From: Podarcis erhardii
Taxonomy: Eukaryota
Reading direction: 5' to 3' (one strand)
Assembly (NCBI GenBank): GCA_964252035.1
Contig: OZ176200.1
Length of the DNA: 64,000 bases
Part shown: positions 26,226 through 36,655 of the stretch, piece after piece
Position numbering within the stretch: position 1 is the stretch's first letter
How the letters are laid out: the number at the start of each line of letters is the position of its first letter
Translations under genes and position numbers: made by a program
The notes under the pieces: model-generated
The model's database searches: none
Told to the model about the DNA's origin: nothing
Seen by the model: only the letters and a program-made list of their open reading frames with translations

Positions 26226-27257
26226 TTTCAAGGAATGTTGTATTGACTGCCTCTCATGGATCACATCCCACAAAGACTTCCCACTCAGACAGCATCTGAA
26301 TGGTGGGGAAAAGGAGGCACAATGTCTATCTCACTGTTTTGCAGTCAGCCCCAAAGGTGATCTCCAAGGCACTGGGCCAGATGCAAAAGCAGCTCCTCCT
26401 CTCACTAGAAATGCCAGGTGAGGGGCTTGTGTGTGATTCCTAGAGTTGGAGTTAGTGTGGAACAGAAAGGTATATGATGAGAAGGATGGGAAGGAAAAGA
26501 CAAATAATTTTTAGTGGGACAAATCAGCTCTTTACTTCTCCCTCAGTGAATTCAGGACACAAGACAACTAACACCAGGGATGTTTACAAAATCCTCCCTG
26601 TCTGTATTTCTCCAAGATCTCCAATTTACTTGGCTTTGTTTGCAGAGCAGCACTGATGCCTGAGGGATCTTTTGTCATTTCTCCAACTTGTTTTCCAGGC
26701 TTCGAGGGGTTTTCATTTCCTTCCACTTGTGACACTTGATGAAACAGGGTGAAAAAGGAACTGTGGTGCCCCTCTCTGGGGCTCTTTGAATTGTGTGTGC
26801 CCAGGAGACTATGTGCTCCTTCAAGCTGCGTTTCATCAATGATCACTTATACACATCAGTAGAGGAGGGGAAGTCTTAAAAATGAAAAGAAATAGTACAG
26901 CATACTGTTCACGTAGCAGCTCTTGAATTAATTGCAGAAGGTCTCAATGTGAACAGAATGGTTGGCATAAAGAACCCACAGAATTAAAGCAGAATGGGAA
27001 TCAAGGAAACCAACTGCTCTCTGTGTGACACCTTATCTACTACCCAAGTGCCTTGCCCATCAAGTACATGGGCCATAGAACATTCTCTACCAATTACATT
27101 CCTATGGTCTGAGTTGGCCTATCCTCAATGTGGCTCTGTGGTCTTAACCCCTTCACATGCTAATTCACAAGAATATGCATTGTTAGATTTGACTGCAAAT
27201 CAAATACCACAGATGCTGGTATCCTTTTAGAGTAGTGGTGGAAGTCTCCGGGTGTGA

Positions 27258-27416
27258 GGAAACTGCCTTTTACTAAATCAGACCCATCACTCCATCTAGC
27301 TCAGTTCTATCTCCCCAGACTGACTGGGGTCTCTCCTAGCCTTATCTGGAAATGCTGTGGATTGAAACTGGGACCTTTGGTGTGCAAAGCGGGTGCTCTG
27401 AGCTGCTGCACTTCCC
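27258..27416 (-). mobile_element. Squam3-like SINE
   Basis: Reverse complement of the same head and tail (CCATCTAGCTCAG..., GATTGAAACTGGGACCTT..TGTGCAAAGC). Confidence 0.7.
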
Positions 27417-29753
27417 TGCAAGCAGGTGTTGCTGGATTGCAGCTCTCACCAGCCCCAGCCATCCTGACCAATGATCAGGGTGATGGGATTTGCAATCCAA
27501 CATCTGGCTTTGGAGGATTAACAACATTTGAGACTTCCATCTTGATTTATGCTCATTTCTAGTGGAGAAAAAAATACAACAGAGAAGTACCACAAGAGTC
27601 CAGTGGTCTTCACACAATTTAAAAGGACGTAGGACAGAGGAGCGCTGTTTAGGGAGGCTGAGGAGGCAGTTCAGTATCCCATAATTCAGTGGTGGCCCTT
27701 CAGGTGTTTTTGGACCTCAAACCCCATCAGTCCCTGTCAGGGTGGCTGGTGAACAGGAATTATGGGAACTGTAGCCCAACAACCTCTGGAGGGCCAGTAT
27801 TCCTGCGCTGAAAGGTTTGCTATTTATGAGCTATCAAAAACAGAGAAAGAAAGAAACCTCATTTTAAACAGTTTAACCATGATTTAAAAAAATTTATTCG
27901 CCAAACAGCAGCATAAAGAAACAAACAACTGTCTCATCATCCCAAACACATATATCAATACACGTTTGCAAAGTCTTCCATTCCAACTCATACACTCACC
28001 ACAAATAGATCAGACAGGACCAAAAACAAAAAGAAGAGGTGTGGGTATGAAAGGAAAACGCGAGCATATTCCTGTACAGACCTGAGGACTTGGCTGGGGC
28101 TCTGCACACCAAACCTCCCACCCCCCCCCAAAAAAAATGGAACAGGGGGCAGGGAGGTGGTGCTGGTCATCCTCCTTTCTTCTCTGTCTTTGCGCTAAGC
28201 TTTCCATCCGAGGGGCATCCGCGAACCAGCAGCCTGAGGTTGAGGCGGATCGTCTCCGTCTTCAGGAAGAGGAGAAAGTTCCGCTCGCTCTCCGTCGAGC
28301 CTCGTCGCCCCGGCTCACTTTCCCTTTCAGTTTCCCAGAGCCGTCGCGGCGAGGAATCGCTCTGGAAGGGAAATAACCCCCGCGCAACGGAGCGGACCCC
28401 GCCGCCGCCTGCTGTATGCCTTGGCGCGGACTTGAACTCTACGGGTCTTCGCCTCCCTCCTATGTCTGGTGGTAAAGAGAGGGAGGGAGAGACCCCAGAT
28501 TTGATTTGGGTGGTTCGATTTCCGAGTCTTTCTTTGCGCGCTCTCCTTGTCAGAGAGAAAGGAAACGAGATTCGGATTTAGCGGCACCTCATTTGTGCGC
28601 TACCGGAATCACACCTGTCTATGCTTCTAGTAAGCACACACATGCACCCCCCGGCGACTGCGATCCTCTGCCCTGCACACTTTTATTCGGGGTTCGGGAG
28701 TAAGTTCCACTGGAATATAAAGCGCGACTTCCTTCCGAGTAAGCCTGGAAGGATCCGGCGTCACGAGAGGGAGCCGGCAAAAGAAAGCCGAGGGAGCCCG
28801 GCGGAATAAATCCGCAAGGAAATGCCTGAAATGGCACATTAAAGAGCAAAGCCCAACACAAAACCGCTTTTCTCTGCTGCCCGGGCCTGAAAAGGCACAT
28901 TGTGGCGCTCGCTGGCAGCGGCTGCCTCCGCCTTGCTCCATGGTAACCTGCGCGCAGCAGCCGCGCGCCCCGCGCCCCTGACAGGTGTTTCCCGGGGATT
29001 TTTTTGGGGGGGGGCGGGGAGAGCGGCTGATCCCAGCATGCGGGGGGGGGGCGGGGGCGGGGCTTGCTCCGCTCAGAGGCAGCGAGGAGGCGGGGCCAGC
29101 GCTGAGTTCCTCCAGCCTATCATCTCCTCCTCCTTCTGGGTTGGGGATTTTTGGGGGCTGGTGGGGGTGGCTTGCTCGGCCGGCTGGATTGTTAATCTGG
29201 GTAGCAGCCGGAGTCCTGGGAATCAATGGGAATCGACGCGCCGAGGTTTTACTACTACAGCAGCTCCTGGACTGGAGGGAGAAAGCGGGAGGCAGGGAAA
29301 TAAACTAAAAGCAAAGCAGCAGCAGCAGCGCCCCCCCCCCCGCCCAGGATCGCTCGCGCGCTCTGTTTCTCCGCGCTCCGCTCCGCACCCAGGGAATCGA
29401 GGAAGGGAGCCGAAGAAAGGCGGCCAGAGGGTGGACTAGAAGCCGGCGGAGAAGCGGACTCGGAGGAAGCGGCGGAAGAGGAGCTTGGCCCCGCTGGGGC
29501 GTTTGGGGTCTTCTGGTTTTCGGCTTGTTTTGCCCCTTTGAAAACTGTGGCAACAACTTTGGGGAGTTGCGGGTCCCGGCTTCTGGGAAGGTCCTCCGGT
29601 CCCGAGCAGCGGGCCACGCGCAGCGCTTGAAAGGGGCGGCCGGGAGAGAAGAGCGCGCCAGCCGAGAGGGGCTCCCCTCGTCCTCGGCTTGGCGGGGGCC
29701 GAGCGCGCCTTCCGCCCGGGCGAGCCGAGGGAGACGAGGCCGCCGCCTGGACC

Positions 29754-29759
29754 ATGTAA
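29754..29759 (+). promoter_or_regulatory. Start-stop upstream ORF (ATG-TAA) in the 5' leader
   Basis: GGACC-ATG-TAA-TTG with A at -3, 82 nt upstream of the main ATG. It is the only ATG between 29229 and 29841. Confidence 0.65.
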
Positions 29760-29841
29760 TTGGGGAGCCCAGGAGAGCGTCCTTCCGAGTCTCCTTCTTC
29801 CTTGTCCCTGCCCCAAAATAGCCGAAGATCAAAGCCCGACG

Positions 29842-29929
29842 ATGACGAAGAAGCCGGCACGAAGAGTGCTCTGCTGGGTCAGCTTCCTCGCGATCGCCGC
29901 CACCTTCCGCCTCGGCGCTGCTCAGTCAG
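29842..29929 (+). CDS. ERBB4: First coding exon of an ERBB4-type receptor tyrosine kinase (signal peptide, phase-1 intron follows)
   Basis: ATG at 29842 has A at -3. The exon reads MTKKPARRVLCWVSFLAIAATFRLGAAQS plus 1 nt, then CAG|GTGCGC donor. It is colinear without gaps with the recalled human ERBB4 exon 1 peptide [27 protein letters not shown] (KPA, WVS, L, A, T, QS in register). It also shares the terminal CTCAGTCAG and the phase-1 junction. It lies in a CpG island, and no exon 2 follows in 34 kb, consistent with the very long ERBB4 intron 1. Orthology versus paralogy not tested. Confidence 0.8.
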
Positions 29930-31379
29930 GTGCGCTCCGCTTCTGCCTCGCGGGTCGCGGCTCGCGCTCTGCTTCTTTCTAGGGTTCCTGTGGATCATTT
30001 CCCCGCGCCCATCCAGCCGAGGTTCCTTCCTTTCCCCGTTTTCCAGGTCCTCTGAAGATCGGCAGACTTTCCCTCCCTCTCTATAAATAAATCTTAGCGG
30101 CTTTTCATGCTCCCAGAAGGACACCCCCGGATAATATTTCAAACTGGGAGATTTGGTACAGGCAGCTAAAGCAAGTTGAGGGGGTGGTTTGCTTCTTTCC
30201 AGGGGCCGCTGCCACCTGCTTCCCTCTGGGGCGCTTTATTTGCGCGCGCGCGCTTGTGGTGCAGGATCCAGTTTTCTTTTAAAACGCACTGAAACGATTT
30301 GGTTCGAGACGGGCCTCTTTGGCTCGGGTTGGGACTCCAGGCAGAGGCTCCGGATCAAGCGAGCTCTTGGAGCCGGGCGCCAGGGCGAAGGCGGCTCCAG
30401 TCCTTCTGTAGCCCTCGGCGGAGGGCGCTTCTGGCAAACGCGCGCCCGGCGCTGTCGAGGCTGGCAGGTGCCGCTCGCTTGTGGCCCATGATCCGGTCCC
30501 GGGGGGTGTGTGGCGGGCGGGGAGGGCTGGGGCCGGCTTTCCTTCCAGCGGGACAGCAGCCCACCGGTTCTGGTTGCCCTCGGACAGGGCTGCGGAGGTG
30601 AACGGGGTCGTTTCGGGTTTCTGGAGGGCGCTGAGTTGTCCGGGCAGGCGGGCTCTCGGTTGGCTTGGAGAGGAGAGCCGGGAGGCGGGGAGGCTTCTTG
30701 GCACCCGAAAGAAGGGGCATGATCCAACCCGGTCCCAGCACGTTCCACGCCTCCGTTGGTTTCCACAGGAAGGCTGGCAGGAGCCCCCTCCCCTCCGTTC
30801 CCCTGGAGCTGAGAATGAGGGTTTAACTTTGGGTGGATCCTGCCCGACGTGCCCTGCTTTGTGTGGTGTAAGGGTCCTCCCGGAGAGGGAGAAGAAGCCC
30901 CCTTGTTTGCAGCTGCCACCTGGAGGAACGGGTACTGAATACAGATCGGGGCTTTTCCAGCTCGGTTATCCCCGCTCGGCGCCCCGGGCGCCTCTTGGAA
31001 GCGGAGATCCTCCCTCCCTCCCTCCCATCTCCTGCGCAGGAGCTTCTCCTTTCTGGGTGGCGGGCTTCGCTTGTGGGTCCTTCTCTTACTGACCCAGAGG
31101 CACGACCCCTCGCAGGTGGGTGGGGAGGGATCAAGGTCTGCCAGGTTTGCTTTCCGGGGAGGGCTGGGCAGGATCTGAGCGCAAAGTTGGACACACTTTG
31201 ATCTCTCCTGCCGGGATGCTCTAGCCAGGAGCTGCTTCTCCCAACGGATCTTGTTTTCTTGGTAGTAAAGAGTCTAGAGAATTTCACTGGCGTTTACTTC
31301 CAAGAAAGGAGGCGAATTAGGATAAGTTACTGCTCCCAAAAATCTAGACCTTTGGGCACAAGGGTGACATAGACAAAGC

Positions 31380-31527
31380 TTCGGAAGGTGGTGGACTCGC
31401 CTTCATTGGAGGTTTTGAAGCGGGGGGGGGGGCATCTGCTATGGAAGCTTTAGTTGAGATTCCTGCGTTGCAGGGAGTTGGACTAGATGACCCTCGGTGT
31501 CCCTTCCAACTCTACAGTTCTGTGATT
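31380..31527 (+). mobile_element. CR1 3' end inside the CpG island
   Basis: TTGGAGGTTTTGAAGC...GGACTAGATGACCCTCGGTGTCCCTTCCAACTCTACAGTTCTGTGATT. Confidence 0.85.
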
Positions 31528-34500
31528 GTCCGCTAGCCCTCCTTGGCTTCTCTTGCGCTCGCAGGGCTGTTTGCTGGGCCGAATTTCTCGCGTGTTGACG
31601 GTGTTGCTGCCACGCGCGTTTTGCTGTTGACTCTTGACGCCTTTGGAGGAGCCGCGGCTCCAGATAAGCGCGCCATAAATGTCCAGATGAATGCAGGAAT
31701 CTAGTCTCCTTCGCTCCGCCCTTGCTTTTGATCCCCCTCGTTCTTGGGGGTGGGGGTTCAGAAGGCACTGTTGATTCCCCCCCCCGCCCAAATGCAGAAA
31801 GATTTCTTTCGACTGGGCGTTTCATAGGGTCGAGGATTTTTCTTGAAGGGGCTTTTGTGGATCTTGATGGTTTTGGTCCAAAGCAATTTTTTGCTATTAA
31901 TTTGAGCTTCTAGGGTTTTGGGGTTTTGGGGGGATTCCCTCTCTTAGCAACTTTCTCTCTCCCTCCCTCCCCCCTCCAAACACCTACTTTATTCTGCAAT
32001 GCTCTTAAAGAGAGCATCCCTGTGTTTTTATGTTGCTTTAGAGTAACTGGTAGCAAGTGCTGCTTTTTTTCCTTTTTCAAGCCTTCTGCTGCTCAGGTTT
32101 TCAACGATGGAACATTTGGGCAAAAGACTGGAGCAAAGATGTGGGCATTTGCAAATGGCAACACCACTACTTGGCTAGGGAAGGCAAAGGCAAAGATACA
32201 GATGCAATAGAGACGTCTGTGTGTGCATGTGAAAGAGAGACAGTAGGAGAGAAAGAGAGAACTGATAAGAACATGTTTAGTTTTACTGGACCAATGACTT
32301 TATACAAGTTTCAGGCGCCATCAAATTTCCTTTGTGCTGAATGGAAGTAGTGCAAACTACTCAGCTCCACTCAGAGCAAAGCAGACATAAATATGGCAGG
32401 ATGAGACTGCCATCTGAAAACAATAGATGCTTTGGGAATAGTTCCGTGTTACTCAGAAGCTTGCCTGCTCTCGCAAAACATTGACAGAGCCAAAGACAAT
32501 GCATGTGCTTGTGGGATCTCCTAAGGCAAATCTCTAGGAAAGTCATCCTGAGCAAGCCCCACTGACAACAGTAGGGGTCTCACACATCTCCCATTCATTG
32601 CAGTGGAGCTTTTACAAGATATTTTCCCAGTGGAATATTCCTTCATGTCCAGGGCCCTTGCAGCAACCGCCTGTCTCAAGCTCTCTCTGTTTGTGTGTGG
32701 AGAAATGGAGAGGTACAGCTAATCATCCCCTGGTAAATCTACACAGGGAGCTCTTTTTCCTTGTCTTCCCTTCCCTTCAGCCAGTAGCAGTTTGGAGGAG
32801 TTTGTTTTGGTCCAAATGAGAAATTAAGTGTGGATAAGTAAACTGAGCTGCCAGAGGGCGACAAGATGTTGAGTGAATTGCTTTTAGATGAAACAAATTA
32901 AGGAAACGAGGGGAGACAATCTGCTTCTTGCATTATTAGACACGGCTTGGAGTTCAGGGGGGGAAAGTGATGTATTTTTGAAATGCTAATTCCTTAAGAA
33001 GTGGGAGGGATGCACCTTATTTACTGCTCTATGCGAACAGCATGGAAACTCAGGCTGCTGGTTGTATTTTTTTGTTTTGGTACGCTACCAAAATAAAAAT
33101 AAAAATAAAAATAAGGAAGCAGATTTTGTTTTGAGTTCTTTTCTCCAAAGAAATCGCAAGAAATTCTCCCTGTGTGTTTGGTTAATTTTATTGCTTGAAT
33201 AATATATGGACAACCCCAGTCTCTATGCGATTTATTTAAAAGAGGAGGTTCCAAGAATGCTGCCTCATTTCATACTGGAAAGTTTCATTATTTTTAGACC
33301 CATTAGCAAAACATTTAAGCCTGCTGTTCTTGGAGACAAAAATCAGCGAGGAAAGGAAACCCCTTTTAAGGGGCCGGTTCTCATTGGTGTTAGAATCTTG
33401 TCCATCAAGGGAGATGAGTCCAGTAAAAAGGTATTGTCTTGCCTAGTTTCTTGAATTATATTTATGGACTGAATGGAACTGGGACTGAATGGAACTTTTA
33501 AGGTTGTAAATTGTCCTAAGGAAAACTATAGCGCATTGAAATCTTTTAACACGATTAGGATCTGGCTGTATGTTGGCATAAATCCTTTTGGTCCAGCTAC
33601 ACTGGACATGTATGGGATTGTGCTGCATGCTGTTTACGAGTGCCGATCTCACCGCTCATGCTTCTCTGCAGCACCTTTCTTTAAAAATTAACACCATCAC
33701 CATAACCTCCCACACATAGTAAAGTGATTGTTTTGTGTGCTGGACAGATTTGATCAGGCATTCTGGTCCACACACATTATGTTGAATTGTTTAATTTGGA
33801 TCTCTGCCTAAGGCATACAGGCCAGCTATTTTTCCTTCACGATTTTAAGGTGTCTCCAAACATGGTTGACTAAATCCAGATAAATGTGAGGTTCTGATTT
33901 CATGTGAGCCAGAAGCCAGATAATCATATTGGAACCGAGAGACAAAATATAGTCAAGAGTAAAAGCTCTATTTAATTTAAGGCAATAAGGGGGCTGTGTT
34001 GGCTTTGATCCTCTTTTCAAAAGAATTCCCGTTTTTATATACATATGTGGTTCCTGTGAGCTTGAAATGACAGATAGCCTTGATTATATTCGGTCCATTC
34101 TTCTCAAATAGGGATATTTATATTAGTTGCAATCTATTGCATTTCCCCAGTAGGCCTAAAAGAGTTTAAACCTGGTTTAGGTAAACAGTTGCAAGCTAAA
34201 TGTGAGAGCCATGATAAATCTCAACAGACAAAGATGTGAAAAAGTTTGGCAAATGCTAGCCTTTTGATTTACATATGCTGCGGCTTTCGGTTCTGTTCTT
34301 ATAGCACGAAGCTTCCTGGCATACTGAGAAAGAAGCAGAATATTCATTCTTCAAATCATTGTTTTAGGAAAACTCTTTTTGGTGTGTACTGTTTTCCTCT
34401 TTTTACAATTCTACTGAATTGTTGTTTTTGTCCATGAATGTTACTTTGTTCTTTTGTCTATTTTTAGTTAACTGATTCTCTTGTATTTCCTTCTGTTAGG

Positions 34501-36229
34501 CTTTTTCCATTGGCAATTGCAGGATATTAATAATTCTACTTATTTTTACACAAGCCTTTCTTCTCTGTTAGCCATAGTTGAAATATCATTTCTTATTCCC
34601 TCTGTGTTTTGCCTCTTGTTCTTTTCTTGCTGGCTAACCTTCCTTCCTTCCCCTTATCAACTGTCTTTCCTTTTCGTTCGGTCGTTGCCTAGTCTTTCCC
34701 TCCGTGTTATTTCTTCTCTAGGTGTCTTTGTTTTTTGTCGTTACTAGAGTTAATGACCCTAACCCACCGTCTAGTTTTGCTAGAGCGCCTAGACTTTAGG
34801 TGTGTAATCCTTAGCATGTTTTCTTAGAAATAAGCCCCACTGTGTTCATTTAGCTCCAGGTAAATCAGTGTAGTATCGGACTGCATGTCACAATTTTTTC
34901 CTTTTTTTAAACATAAATAAATAAATCACAATATGTAAAAAATAACTTACAGTAATGGAGCCCTTTCCTTCATAATCTGATGTAGTCCAACTCTGGAATC
35001 CATTGACACTTAGCTGCCTTTAGGTTTCACTGTTTGTCCGACTGACTAGGTTGTCTTGAATCTAAGCCCTTCAGCTTAACTGGATGGTGGATGGAGCCTG
35101 AGCTGCTCTCTATTTACCCATCTCTGATCAATCTGACATGGCTGGCTGAGTGGACAATCACAAAGCTATTCTGCTGCCCAGATTTATTCCTGAAAGAAAA
35201 TAAAATGGCATTGATCCAGGGTCACTTGCTCTTTAGAACACTGACTCCCAAGGCCGAATTGGTCCTTAACAGGATGTTGATGCCTCCCCTGGGCACAATC
35301 TCTTGTAGCTTCTCCTGGCTCCAGAGGGAAGAAAAACACTTTAGTTAAACAGAAGTGTTTTAATTGTAAACATTTGCTGATCCATTGTCGACCTGTTATC
35401 TCATGACGGATGCATCCTCTGAGAGGAGGTCACTGTATTAAGCTGCAGTCCACAAGCAGCCTTGTTCTGTATGACTGCTGGTGCCGCCTCACGTTCTCAG
35501 TGAGAGTTGAGCGGAAGTGTTTCAGAGCGGGTGGCTCCTAAACTGGAGAACTGTACACCTTGGGGGGAAATAAGGGGCACCCGTGCCTCTCCCATGCATT
35601 TCAGTGAACTTTGCACGGGAGATGATCATGGTGGAATTTGGCCAGTGGCATATGTTGGATGGTGTGTCCAGCAGGTGAGAACCTTCACCTTCAGGGGCTC
35701 ACCTTGCCTAATTTCATGCAGGTGAGAGGAGTCTGGAGGGTGATTGGGGGTGGGGTGGGGAGAAACCTGAAATGGGTGGAATGATGGGAGGAGGAGAAAA
35801 GCCCTTTGCAAGAGTGATTTGTCCAGCAAGAGTGATTTGTCCATTCTCCAGCAGGGAGAAAGAGGCAAAGAAAAAAAGAGAGAGTGAGAGAAGATGAGTG
35901 CCTGCTTGCTTTGGGCTCCAGCCATGCCCATAACAGGCTTTGACCCCTCTTACCGCCAACTCTGGCCTGGCCTGCCACCAGCATGTAGCCCCTGGCAGAA
36001 AGCTCTGATCTGCGGTAAGCTCTGATCTGAAGTCCACTAGTGTTGCCTTGGAGATAAGCAGGACCAGAATTATGAGCCCACCTAAGTGTGCTGATGGGCT
36101 GCAAGGAAGTCAGATCAGTGCCAGCTGCCTGCCTGGAGAGAACCGTTACTTGCCCAAGGTGAACAGCTAACGGAAAGACTGCATTAAAGGAGGAAAACTT
36201 CAGTGATCAGAGTGTTTGATTTGGATCAT

Positions 36230-36655
36230 GGTTCAGATTCTTCGTCACCCATTGCAGCTCAGGACTGCAATACCTCTCCCCATATAAACTGACCTGGACT
36301 CTGTGTTCATTATCTTGAGGCCCTTCTTTGTGTGCCTCCTCCACAAGAGGTCTGGAGGGTGGCAAGAACGGGGTCTTTTCTACAGTGGCTCCCCGTTTGT
36401 GGAATGCTCTTCCCATGGAGGATTGCCTGATGCCTTCGTTATATATATATTTTTGGCACCAGGAGAAAATGTTCCTTTTCAACCAGGCTTTGGGCTGATT
36501 AATATTCCACATCCTTTTAAATGTGTCTGTGGGAAGGGGGGCTATTGTTTTTGTTTTAATTATTTACTTGGGTTTTTATCTTGCATTTTATTCTGTGAAC
36601 CATCTTAGATCTTGTGATGAAAGGTGGCATATAGATTTAATAATAAATAAATAAT
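36230..36655 (+). mobile_element. L2-like LINE 3' end
   Basis: GTGGCTCCCCGTTTGTGGAATGCTCTTCCC motif and a (TAAA)n-type tail. Confidence 0.65.

Larger units (their letters stand above)
28170..31730. promoter_or_regulatory. CpG island covering the promoter, 5' leader, exon 1 and start of intron 1
   Basis: Abrupt rise in GC and CpG density against CpG-depleted flanks. Contains GC boxes (GGGGCGGGG near 29050-29070), many CGCG/GCGC motifs and the first coding exon. Edges approximate. Confidence 0.9.

Noticed and set aside
29689-29982. 97-aa track ORF as a single-exon protein
   Set aside because: It begins at a non-ATG codon and runs through the splice donor. Only 29842-29929 is supported.
28090-31287. 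Many overlapping 100-227 aa ORFs on both strands
   Set aside because: Low-complexity Pro/Arg/Gly/Ala frames expected in a GC-rich CpG island, with no recognisable domains.
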